DNA from: Candidatus Dormiibacterota bacterium
GTDB taxonomy: Bacteria; Chloroflexota; Dormibacteria; Aeolococcales; Aeolococcaceae
Assembly: GCA_963718525.1 (NCBI GenBank)
Contig: OY970355.1
Span: 3,200,001-3,264,000 of the forward strand
Direction: 5' to 3'
DNA length: 64,000 nucleotides
The notes under the pieces are model-generated. The model did no database searches. It saw nothing but the letters and a program-made list of their open reading frames with translations, and was not told where the DNA came from. Below, in pieces: positions 39,259-48,408 of the stretch. The translations under genes and the position numbers were made by a program. Positions within the stretch are counted from its first letter, which is position 1; each line of letters begins with the position of its first letter.

Positions 39259-40854
39259 TCATTCCCGGGCGGTCGTCACCGCGATTGCCTCGCTGCCACC
39301 TGCATCGCGAATGGTCACCTTGATCGTTGCCCTTTCCCTGTCCCTGACATAGGTGTGAGTTCCCGAAACGCTGAAGCCACCGCCGGCCGACGCGACGATG
39401 CCGGCGCTCGACGTCCCGTCACCCCAGCTGATGGTGGCGGTGTAGTCAGTGGCCACGCCACCGGGGTCGGCGTCAGTGAAATCGCCAACGACTCCATTGA
39501 CGCTGTCATTGCTCTGCCGCAACTTCAGCCCGGCGGCGCTCAGTGCCGCGTCAGCGATCGTCGCGCTGCCGGTCGCTGTGACGCTGCTGCCATCAAGGTC
39601 GCTGATCTGCACTGTGACCGTGTACGACCCCTCCTCTGCATACGTGTGGCCGCCCGTCACCGTGAATCCAGTCGCACGGTTCCCGGTCACGATCCCCGCT
39701 GACATGCTGGTATCACCCCAGTTGATGGTCGCCGCGTAGGTACCCGGGGCGGTGTTCTGGTCCGCATCGTTGAAGGTCGCCACCGTGGCCGCGGACGCGG
39801 CGCCCTCGGTCGCATTGATGGCTGCGCCGCGTGCTGTGAGGGTGCCCCCGATCACCGTGTAGGCCTCGACGGTCGTGAGCCTCACGCCGTTGTACCCGCC
39901 GACCGCGTAAATCCGTCCGTCCGGCCCCGCGGCCACGCCCTCGAATTGACGCGCGGTGGGCATCGCCTGACCCGTGGTCCAGGTGTCGCTGCTGACATTG
40001 AATCCTTCCACGCGATTGAGGTAGGCGGCGCAGTTCACGCTGAGGCCACCGATGGCGTAGATGCGACCGTCCGGTCCCATCGCCCCCGCAAGGTTCGTGC
40101 GGCCGCCCCCGGGCATTGAGGCGAGGGTCGCCCACGTGTTGGTGCCGGTGTCGTACGCCTCGACCCTGCCCGTGATGTTGCCGCAACTGCCGGCATCGCC
40201 ACCGATGGCGTAGATCCGGCCGTCGGGACCCGTAACGGCAAAGAGATCCTCCCGCGGTCCGCCGGGCATCGGCGCCTCGGTGGTCCAGGTGTTCGTCGTC
40301 GTGTCGTATGCCTCGACCCTGCTGAGGATATTGGTGCCGTCGGTGCCGCCGATCGCGTAGATGCGGCCGTCAGGCCCGGTCGCGGCGGCGAGATCCTGGC
40401 GCGCGCCCCCCGGCATGGATGCCACCGTCGTCCAGGTGTTCGTGGTCGTGTCGTACGCGTCGACCTCGCTCACTGGGCCGGTATCGGTAAGGCCCCCGAT
40501 GGCGTAGATGCGCCCGTCGGGCCCGGTCGCGACGGGGAGATTCCCCCGCCCGGCGCCGGGCAGCGCTGCCTCGGTGGACCAGGTATTCGAGGTGACGTCA
40601 TACGCCTCGACGCGATTCAGGTGGGTGCTGCCGTCGAAGCCGCCGATGGTATAGATACGGCCGTCTGGCCCGGTTGCCGTGGCGCCGCTGTCGCGAGCCC
40701 CACCGGGCATGGGGGCGACCGTGGTCCAGCTGTTGCTCGTGGCAGATGCCGCCACTCCTGACAGCAACATCGCCACGCCCGCCGCGGCCGCGCCGGCCAG
40801 AACAACCCTGCTGAGTTGAATCTTGGTGTGCGTGTCCCCTTCCTCCTTTCCCAT
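39259..40854 (-). CDS. Secreted six-bladed Kelch-repeat protein with two PKD/Ig-like domains (paralogue 2)
   Basis: Signal peptide; six GPDGRIY(A/T)(I/V)GG...VEAYD...W repeats; two WGD(G)T...G.H.Y domains. Confidence 0.9.
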   Translation of the reverse strand: MGKEEGDTHTKIQLSRVVLAGAAAAGVAMLLSGVAASATSNSWTTVAPMPGGARDSGATATGPDGRIYTIGGFDGSTHLNRVEAYDVTSNTWSTEAALPGAGRGNLPVATGPDGRIYAIGGLTDTGPVSEVDAYDTTTNTWTTVASMPGGARQDLAAATGPDGRIYAIGGTDGTNILSRVEAYDTTTNTWTTEAPMPGGPREDLFAVTGPDGRIYAIGGDAGSCGNITGRVEAYDTGTNTWATLASMPGGGRTNLAGAMGPDGRIYAIGGLSVNCAAYLNRVEGFNVSSDTWTTGQAMPTARQFEGVAAGPDGRIYAVGGYNGVRLTTVEAYTVIGGTLTARGAAINATEGAASAATVATFNDADQNTAPGTYAATINWGDTSMSAGIVTGNRATGFTVTGGHTYAEEGSYTVTVQISDLDGSSVTATGSATIADAALSAAGLKLRQSNDSVNGVVGDFTDADPGGVATDYTATISWGDGTSSAGIVASAGGGFSVSGTHTYVRDRERATIKVTIRDAGGSEAIAVTTARE

Positions 40855-42446
40855 TACTTGGCGATCGTCGTCGCGGTCGCAGTGCTACCACCGACGTCGG
40901 TGATCCTGACCTTGACGATCGCCCGTTCAATGTCGCGTACAAAGTGATGGGTCCCCGACACCGCGAAGCCACCGCCGCTCGCGGAAATCGTCCCGGCACT
41001 CTTGGTTCCATCACCCCAGCTGATGCTCACGATGTAGTCGCCGACGACGGCCCCGGGATCAGCGTCGGCGAAGAGCGCCACCACGCCGCTGACGGAGTCG
41101 TTGACCTGCTTGAGATGCAGCCCGGTCGCCGTCAGCGCGGCATCGGTCACCGTCGCAGTGCTGCTCGCACTGGTAGTCGTCGCGTCGAGATCGGTGATCT
41201 GCACCGTGACGGCGAAGGAACCTTCCTCGAGGTACGTGTGGCTTCCCTCCACCGCAAATCCGCCGCCAGCGGCGGTCACCGTTCCGGCCGAGGTGGTGCC
41301 GTCCCCCCAGATGACGCTCGCCGAGTACGCGCTCGCTGTCGTGTTCTCGTCAGCGTCGGCGAAATTGGCCACCACCACGTTGCTCAGCGGCCTCCCTTCG
41401 ACTGCGCTGACGTTGACCCCGGATGCACTCAACCGTCCACCGATGGGGGTGTATGCCTCCACCCGGTCCAAATAGCTGGTGCCGTCATACCCACCGATGG
41501 CGTAGATACGTCCGTCCGGCCCCGCCGCCCCGGCCAGGTAGGCACGCGCGCCGGCCGCCATCGCCTGAGCGCTCGTCCAGGTATTGCTGGCGGCGTTGAA
41601 ACCTTCGACCCGAGCGTAGTAGTTCGTTCCGTCGAAGCCGCCGATCGCGTAGATGCGTCCATCGGACCCGGTTACGGCCGCAAGCCGACCACGGGCGCCC
41701 CCTGGCATAGCGGCAACCGTCGTCCACGTGTTGGTGCCGGTGTCATACGCCTCCACGCGGTCGAGCCAGTTGGTGCCGTCGAAGCCGCCGATCGCGTAGA
41801 TGCGTCCATCCGGGCCGGTTGCTGCCGCAAGAGCGACCCGACCGCCACCGGGCATCGGTGCCTCGGTGGTCCAGGTATTGGTGCTGGTGTCGTACGCCTC
41901 GACCCTCGCCAGTGGCTCGCTGCCGTCCGATCCTCCGATCGCGTAGATCCGGCCGTCTGGACCGGTAGCCGCCCCCAACACAAACCGCCCGCCCCCCGGC
42001 ATCGGAGCCTCAGTGGTCCACGTGTTCGTGGTTGGGTCATACGCCTCCACCCGATCGAGCGCGGTCAGCGTGTTGTCGAAGCCGCCGATCGCGTAGATGC
42101 GTCCATCCGGTCCGGTCACGGCCGCGAGGTCGCCGCGTGCGCCCCCTGGCATCGGGGCAACTGTCGTCCATGTGTTGGTGCCGGTGTCGTACGCCTCCAC
42201 GCGGTCGAGCCAACTGGTTCCGTCGTTTCCGCCGATGGCATAGATGCGTCCATCCGGTCCGGTGGCAGCCGCAAGATCGAGCCGCGGGCCACCCGCCATT
42301 GCCGCCACGGAGGTCCAGGTGTTGGCGGTCGCGAGCCCGGTCACCGCCGGGACGAGCGCGCCAACTCCGGCCAGCAGTGGCAACCCCAGCCACGCCAGCG
42401 CGCGGCGCCTCCTGCGCTTGCCTCGATGGCACTGATCCTTCCTCAT
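40854..42446 (-). CDS. Secreted six-bladed Kelch-repeat protein with two PKD/Ig-like domains (paralogue 1)
   Basis: AAGGAGG SD before ATG 42446; basic signal peptide; six Kelch repeats; two WGDGT domains; TAATG coupling to the next gene. Confidence 0.9.
   Translation of the reverse strand: MRKDQCHRGKRRRRRALAWLGLPLLAGVGALVPAVTGLATANTWTSVAAMAGGPRLDLAAATGPDGRIYAIGGNDGTSWLDRVEAYDTGTNTWTTVAPMPGGARGDLAAVTGPDGRIYAIGGFDNTLTALDRVEAYDPTTNTWTTEAPMPGGGRFVLGAATGPDGRIYAIGGSDGSEPLARVEAYDTSTNTWTTEAPMPGGGRVALAAATGPDGRIYAIGGFDGTNWLDRVEAYDTGTNTWTTVAAMPGGARGRLAAVTGSDGRIYAIGGFDGTNYYARVEGFNAASNTWTSAQAMAAGARAYLAGAAGPDGRIYAIGGYDGTSYLDRVEAYTPIGGRLSASGVNVSAVEGRPLSNVVVANFADADENTTASAYSASVIWGDGTTSAGTVTAAGGGFAVEGSHTYLEEGSFAVTVQITDLDATTTSASSTATVTDAALTATGLHLKQVNDSVSGVVALFADADPGAVVGDYIVSISWGDGTKSAGTISASGGGFAVSGTHHFVRDIERAIVKVRITDVGGSTATATTIAK
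41631..42107. repeat. Identical 33-nt coding repeats within Kelch blades
   Basis: GTCGAAGCCGCCGATCGCGTAGATGCGTCCATC at 41631, 41778 and 42075. Confidence 0.85.
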
Positions 42447-42880
42447 GACACGACCCCTCCTTGGGTGTTCACGACCGCCGCAGCACATTGGTCATCGCCC
42501 GAGGCTATTCGGGTCCCTTTGGGCCGCCTTAGGGTTGGCTTAAGGCGCTGGATCCGGTTCGCCGGTCCCCCCTGTTCCACGCGGGACAACGTAGGTGGTA
42601 TCCGGCCCCGTTCATAGCGGGGAAACCCTACGAATGGTCGGCGGCCACCCTACGGCTGCGCTCACGGGCTCCGGGGCCCATGGTTCAGAGCGATGGCGCG
42701 CGGCCCGTGACAACCTCGGAGCTTATATCGTCGCTAGCAGGAATAGGATCAAGGTACCAATGGGAAAATGTGTGGACATGGTAGGTACCTTTGGATATAG
42801 TCGCTAGGTCACGGCAGCGGACAGACCTCCGCTCGAGCCGGACGCCATAGGTCAGGTCTGATGAAGGAGGACTTGGATCC

Positions 42881-43909
42881 GTGAAACGCTCGTATGGCAA
42901 GGCGAGTCGGGTGGGTGTGGGCATCGTGGCGGTGGCGACGGCGCTGATGACGCCGCTCATCGCCTCGGCGACGGTCACCCCCGACATCTCGCCCAACGTC
43001 GGCTCCGCACATATCCTGTGGACGAAGGCCCAGTACACGTCGGACGCGCAGACCGATCCGAATCAGCTGCTGTATCACGGCGGCACGGTCGAGACCAAGC
43101 CTGCGGTCTACCTGATCTTCTGGGGGCCGGAGTGGGCCAACGGCTTCTCGGTCACAGCAGGCGCGTTCACGTATACGAACAAGACCGCAGAGACCTACCT
43201 GCGCGACTTCTTCGGCAGCGTTGGCGGGAGCCCGTGGGCAGGGGTCCAGACGCAGTATTGCCAGGGCGCCGCGATCGGCGCGGTGAATTGCAACGGCGCG
43301 CTCGGCGCGCAGTTTGTCCAGAACCCGTCCAGCATGTTGAAGGGTGTCTGGGTCGACCCGAGCACGGTGCCGTCGCCAATCGTGACCACCGCCCTTATCG
43401 AGAACACGACGAACGATCCGGTGGCGACTGAAGCCCTCCGGGCCTCGCAGCATTTTGGGTACAGCGTCAACGCGACATATTTCATCCTGGCCCAACCGGG
43501 CACGGTCGCGACGGCGTACGGAACGGTCTATTGCGCGTATCACAGCGAGACCGCCCACGCACTCGGCGCTCGCGGTGTCCGCTACGCATTCATGCCCTAC
43601 GTACCCGAGCAGGGCTCAGGGTGCGGCGTCGATTCGGTCAATCAGAACGATGCATTTGGCCACGGCTACTACGACAGCTACAGCATCGTCGCGGGACATG
43701 AGTTCGCCGAGGCCGTCACCGATCCGGATAACTACAACGGAACCCAGGATGGATGGAACGATGCACAGAGCAATGAAGACGGCGACAAATGCGCCTGGAC
43801 GGGACTCCAGAACATCACGCTTCGGGGACAGTTCTATGCGATTCAGCCGCTCTGGAGCAACGCGGCAGCAGCGGGTCAGGGTGCTTGCGCGGTGAGCTTG
43901 GGCAGCTGA
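42881..43909 (+). CDS. Secreted EXORDIUM/Phi-1-like protein
   Basis: AAGGAGG SD; signal peptide; LLYHGG, VYLIFWG, YCAYH, GHEFAEAVTDP, GW...EDGDKCAW, QPLWSN. Confidence 0.7.
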   Translation: MKRSYGKASRVGVGIVAVATALMTPLIASATVTPDISPNVGSAHILWTKAQYTSDAQTDPNQLLYHGGTVETKPAVYLIFWGPEWANGFSVTAGAFTYTNKTAETYLRDFFGSVGGSPWAGVQTQYCQGAAIGAVNCNGALGAQFVQNPSSMLKGVWVDPSTVPSPIVTTALIENTTNDPVATEALRASQHFGYSVNATYFILAQPGTVATAYGTVYCAYHSETAHALGARGVRYAFMPYVPEQGSGCGVDSVNQNDAFGHGYYDSYSIVAGHEFAEAVTDPDNYNGTQDGWNDAQSNEDGDKCAWTGLQNITLRGQFYAIQPLWSNAAAAGQGACAVSLGS

Positions 43910-44266
43910 CCCTCACTCGCATGTAACGCCTCGTTGATAGGTTCCCCAACTCGCTCGATCTCGAGCACTTGGGCGTGCGACAGTCGTCACACGCAACCTG
44001 CATCGACTACCGTGTCAAAACGCTGATCGCTGTCCCGAAGGGCACGACGGTGAGCGTGATCACGCACCCGGAGATGAGAACTCGACCGGCACGGTGAAGC
44101 TTCGGGCGTCGTGAAGGCCACGACAGCGATCAGCGCAGTGATCGCAACGGCGGCGCGAGGTGTGTCCGAAGCATTCGAACTTCCTCGTGGTCGTCGATGC
44201 GCGACGCACCCGATGGTACTCCTGGACCGAGCAGTGCCTGCTGGGACGCGATACTCTGCCCTGGGT

Positions 44267-44896
44267 ATGGGAAGCGTCACAATTTCAGCGTCGTACGGGG
44301 CCCGCGGTGAGGCGGTAGCCCAGGGCGTCGCCGAGCGCCTCGGGCTTGCCTTTCTCGACCGAGCCATCCCACTCACGGTGGCCCGGCAATTGCGGGCGAC
44401 GCAAGAATCGGTTGAGACCCACGACGAACGGGCGCCGACCCGTTGGGACCAATTCTTCGGCGCGTTCTCGAGCGTCGATTCGGTGTCCACGGCTGTGGGG
44501 ATAGCGCCCGTTGCGCTCGAGAGTCCCGAGACCTTCCGCTCCGCCACCGAAGCGGTGATGCGAAAGGTTGCCGACACCACCGGGGCGGTGATTCTCGGTC
44601 GTGCCGGCATGGTCATCCTCGGCGGTCGCGACGATGTCCTGTGTGTCAGGCTTGATGGACCGATCGCCAGACGGATCGCGCAGGCGGTCGCAGACGGGGT
44701 AGACGAGGCAACTGCCCGCGAGAACCAAGAGGATGTCGACGGTGCGCGCGAGCGGTACGCAAGCTTCTTCTACAAAGTGCGTCAGGACGATGCCAGTCTG
44801 TACCACTTGGTGATCGACAGCACCGCATTGCCAGTTGATGCCTGCATTGACATCATCGCTCGAGCTGCGCAGGCGCGCATCGGCGCAACGCCGTAG
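44267..44896 (+). CDS. Cytidylate kinase-like family protein
   Basis: VTISASYGARG..VA..VAERLG..FLDR, VILGRAG, VRLDGP, YHLVIDS. Confidence 0.85.
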   Translation: MGSVTISASYGARGEAVAQGVAERLGLAFLDRAIPLTVARQLRATQESVETHDERAPTRWDQFFGAFSSVDSVSTAVGIAPVALESPETFRSATEAVMRKVADTTGAVILGRAGMVILGGRDDVLCVRLDGPIARRIAQAVADGVDEATARENQEDVDGARERYASFFYKVRQDDASLYHLVIDSTALPVDACIDIIARAAQARIGATP

Positions 44897-45150
44897 GTCG
44901 CGACTGAACGTAACCTTGACGAGCCTGCCGGCGCACGGTCGCACCGCATTCGGCGACCGACGTGCTGACGCTGGATCGGCGCATTGGCGATGCGCTGGCT
45001 TCGGTGTCCGTGAAGCTCGCAACCCGACAGCCTTCGCGTTTTCATAACCAATGGCTAACCATCTCTCCGGGTGCGGGCTCCTAGACTGCGTCGAGGGTTT
45101 CACTGCAGGTGGCCTTGAGCATCTGCGTCAGTACCGGTGAAGGAGATGAC

Positions 45151-46287
45151 ATGAATCCATCGAGCCCGACGCTTCGACGGCTGCTGACCGGCAGCGCGAT
45201 CGCCGCGGGAATCGCGGTGGCCATCGTGCCCTTGGCGGCCGGCCAGGCGATGGCAGCTGGGCGCAGCGCCGCACATGACCCGGGACTGCTTCCCGGCGTG
45301 ACATTCGTTGCCGCCCCGCCCCCCGGAGCATCCGGGCCCGACGACATCACACGGCTCGGTACCGACGGAGTGGATGGGGGACGCAATCTCATCTGGACGG
45401 CCTATCAAAACGGGATCAACCCGGACGGCACGCCCGGCACCCCCGGAGGGCCGACGAAGAGCACGATCGCGGGGTACGACCCGGTCGACGGCAGGCTGGT
45501 CAGGACCATGCGCGTGACCGGCAAGGTCGACGGGCTCACCGCTGATCCCAGGATCGACCGTCTGGTCGCCACGGTCAACGAGGACGAGAACTCCGCGCTG
45601 TACCTGGTCAATGTGGCCACCGGTGACGCGACCAAGTTCCACTATGACCCGAGTCCGTCCGAGTCCGACAACGGCGGTACCGACAGCATCGCGATCTGGG
45701 GCGGCCAGATCGTCCTTGCTCATTCGAATCCCAATGACACTGAGGACGCGACCGCATACGCGGTAACCCTCGACTGGTGGACAGGAATCGCTCACCTCCG
45801 GACGCTGTTCACCAACGACAGCAGGGCGTTCGACGCAGTCACACACACGTGGGTCACGCTGGCGCTCACTGATCCCGATACAAACTTTGTGATGCCGGAG
45901 GCGGCGCCCCGTTTCGCGGGTACGCTCGCAACGATCAGCCAGGCGGACGGCGAGATCATCTTCGCGTCGCGCAGCAGGAGTGACTCGCTGGACTTGACGG
46001 TCCTGCCGGTCACCGACAATGTCCCCGGCAACATCCCGCCGATCGACGGCCTCGCCGTCGCCACAGCCGAGCGCGGGATCCTCTATGTCGTGGATGCCGG
46101 GGCAGGCACGATCACAGCGCTCACGACCGACGGTTGGCCGGCGGGCACCGTCTTCGTGGCTGAACCGAGCGACAACAGCAATCCCATTCTCGGCACGCTC
46201 GACCTGTGGACCGGCATGATCACGCCGCTTTCCAACGCGTTCGTCAGCCCGAAAGGACTGCTGTTCGTGCCGGCTGATCGCGAGTAG
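45151..46287 (+). CDS. Secreted hypothetical protein, probable beta-propeller
   Basis: AAGGAGA SD; signal peptide; GPDDI, GKVDGL, GGTDSI, TDPDT, SPKGLLF. Confidence 0.7.
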   Translation: MNPSSPTLRRLLTGSAIAAGIAVAIVPLAAGQAMAAGRSAAHDPGLLPGVTFVAAPPPGASGPDDITRLGTDGVDGGRNLIWTAYQNGINPDGTPGTPGGPTKSTIAGYDPVDGRLVRTMRVTGKVDGLTADPRIDRLVATVNEDENSALYLVNVATGDATKFHYDPSPSESDNGGTDSIAIWGGQIVLAHSNPNDTEDATAYAVTLDWWTGIAHLRTLFTNDSRAFDAVTHTWVTLALTDPDTNFVMPEAAPRFAGTLATISQADGEIIFASRSRSDSLDLTVLPVTDNVPGNIPPIDGLAVATAERGILYVVDAGAGTITALTTDGWPAGTVFVAEPSDNSNPILGTLDLWTGMITPLSNAFVSPKGLLFVPADRE

Positions 46288-46314
46288 TCACCCAAGCACA
46301 CGGTTTGACCGTAT

Positions 46315-46354
46315 CAATGCACCCGATCAGGTCCGTCCCCGATCGGGTGCATTG
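46315..46354. terminator. Perfect 14-bp inverted repeat between convergent genes (probable bidirectional terminator)
   Basis: CAATGCACCCGATC - 12 nt - GATCGGGTGCATTG. Confidence 0.65.
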
Positions 46355-46459
46355 CCGACATCATCAACTCCTCATGAACTGCGGCGTCTCTACGGTGCGA
46401 CCGCCTCCCACACAAGCTCGGCGACGTCGATGACAAGATCCGGCTCCGGAATCCAGTGC

Positions 46460-47863
46460 CTACGTGATGGATACAACCGCGGCGAAGATGGCTGACTTCG
46501 GGTGTGGTTGATCGCCGATCGCACTGCCCCAGCTGATCACGAGCGATGCGTCCTCGCCCCCACCGGCCATATCCCGTGCCGTCGGAAGCGTGGAGATCCC
46601 GAACGTATCGCCTGGCCACACGGAGCGGTCTCCGAACCTGGTTGAGACCTGAACCGGAGCCGATAGCCATCCGTGGGTGATCGAGAAAGCACGCACGTAC
46701 TCGGCATAGCCGCCCACGGAGTTGTCCGCAAGCCAGCCGACATACGCAATGCCCGCGGCGCCGCCCACGACCTCAACGATATGCGTGGCGTTGTCGTTAT
46801 CGGGCGTGACCCGCTCAAGCGAGGACCACGTCGCGCCGTGGTCGGTGGAATACGCCAGCCACCCGACATCGTGCCCGCTGTGCTGGGTGTCCCACGTTAC
46901 ATAGAGGTTTCCCGCCACGTCCATTCCGATAGCACCATCGATCCACCACTCTGCCTTGGACATCGTCAGGCGATCTGGCCCGATCTGCACTGGAGCCGAC
47001 CAGGTGCTCCCGCCATCGTCCGATGACGTGAAGTAACTATGCGCAGGCGTCATCGTGTACGTGACGTCGTTGGTGATGTGATACCCCTGGTACTCGAGGT
47101 CGATCCGGCCGTCCGGTTCGATCACGAGCGGTGCGCTGTCTCCCCCGCTTGCGGGAAAGCCGGGGCTCACCGGGATGATCGGTCCCCAGGTTTTGCCGCC
47201 GTCGGTCGATTTCTGAATGACGACATTGAGGTCGCCGGTTGCGAAGGCGCAGCTACCGGCGGGGTTGCATATGTACGTGACTGCGGCTGCACTTGGCCCG
47301 TAGTCCCACGTCACGTAGATGGCTCCATCGGGAGCGACCGCGATGAAGTCTCGATCTCCCCAGTTCTGCCGAATTGGTGGCACGAGCGATGTGACCTGAG
47401 AAAAGGTCACTCCATGGTCGAAGGACGCTGCGACCACCGGATACGTGTATCCCTTCCTGGTGATCATGAATGAGGCGTAGACGGCGCCGTTGGGTGCGAC
47501 CGCGAGAGCTGGATCCCAGCTCGATGCGACCGACCCCGGAGGATTGATTGGGGAGTTGAAGTGATGGCCGCCGTCGGCGGATCGAGCAAACGCGATGCCC
47601 TTGCAGCCCATCCAAAGCTCATAAACGTACCGGCCGGAGCGATCCGTCGCCTGCTCCACTTCCGCGTTCTGGCCAGTACAACCACGGCTCACGTCCGCAA
47701 CCTTGCCAACGGAATCCGTCGTGGCGGCGCCAGCAGCAGGCACTGGCGTGGGTACGCCTAATGCGGCCGCCCCCGCGAGCACGATGACCACACCGCTACA
47801 CAAAATCTTCCGCCCGCCAGACCGGCGGCGAGCGGCTGCATCCGGTGCTCGTTGACCTTGCAT
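46460..47863 (-). CDS. Secreted sialidase-fold / BNR (Asp-box) repeat protein
   Basis: Asp-boxes SADGGHHF, SFDHGVTF, STDGGKTW, SDDGGSTW, STDHGATW; signal peptide. Confidence 0.82.
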   Translation of the reverse strand: MQGQRAPDAAARRRSGGRKILCSGVVIVLAGAAALGVPTPVPAAGAATTDSVGKVADVSRGCTGQNAEVEQATDRSGRYVYELWMGCKGIAFARSADGGHHFNSPINPPGSVASSWDPALAVAPNGAVYASFMITRKGYTYPVVAASFDHGVTFSQVTSLVPPIRQNWGDRDFIAVAPDGAIYVTWDYGPSAAAVTYICNPAGSCAFATGDLNVVIQKSTDGGKTWGPIIPVSPGFPASGGDSAPLVIEPDGRIDLEYQGYHITNDVTYTMTPAHSYFTSSDDGGSTWSAPVQIGPDRLTMSKAEWWIDGAIGMDVAGNLYVTWDTQHSGHDVGWLAYSTDHGATWSSLERVTPDNDNATHIVEVVGGAAGIAYVGWLADNSVGGYAEYVRAFSITHGWLSAPVQVSTRFGDRSVWPGDTFGISTLPTARDMAGGGEDASLVISWGSAIGDQPHPKSAIFAAVVSIT

Positions 47864-48301
47864 CGCGCTCGTGAGCCTACTGCAGCGATCCGTCGTGACG
47901 CCACGCGACTTTGATCACCCAGTTTCGTGCCACTCGCCCGGGCGTAGACAGCTCCTCGCGCGCCGACCATGAGGCGCCGAGCCGGGTCAGTGCGCCTCTG
48001 GCGCCCGTTGCGATCGAAACGGCTAGGCTGTGAACGTGCCTTGGGCGGGCCCCTCGCCGAGTGCGTGTTGTCTGGTCGCGGTCGAACTACTGGGGATGTG
48101 TCATGGACGCGTACGTTCCTCGCCCGGCACGGCGACCGACACATTCACACTCGTGGTCAACTACGCGAGTACTCCGGTCCACCTGACCTAGACATCCCCA
48201 TGGAGTGAGGCGACCCTTGCCTCCAGCACCTTGAGACGCCTGGTGATGGTCGGCTGCGTCAGCGTGGAGGACGCCGCGAGCACCAGCCTCGATGCCGGCG
48301 G

Positions 48302-48373
48302 AGCCCAAGGTGAGGATTGAACTCACGGCCTACGCCTTACCAAGGCGTTGCTCTACCACTGAGCTACTTGGGC
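48302..48373 (-). tRNA. tRNA-Thr(GGT)
   Basis: GCCCAAG/CTTGGGC acceptor stem, TAGCTCAGTGGTAGAGC D-arm, ACGCC-TTGGTAA-GGCGT anticodon arm, GTGAG-TTCAATC-CTCAC T-arm; CCA not encoded. Confidence 0.96.
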
Positions 48374-48408
48374 ACGCCGGGCGATGGTACCAAGGCGTCC
48401 TACCCGGA

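Noticed and set aside
39860-42330. Regularly spaced ~145-nt repeats as a CRISPR array or DGR target
   Set aside because: The repeats are in-frame Kelch blades inside ORFs; no cas or reverse transcriptase gene is in the window.
44063-45075. 12-bp inverted repeat CGCACCCGGAGA / TCTCCGGGTGCG flanking the cytidylate-kinase-like gene
   Set aside because: Short and GC-rich, with no transposase or target duplication; compatible with chance.
47880-48300. Short ORFs between the sialidase-like gene and the tRNA
   Set aside because: No convincing SD, motif or codon bias; possibly decayed sequence.
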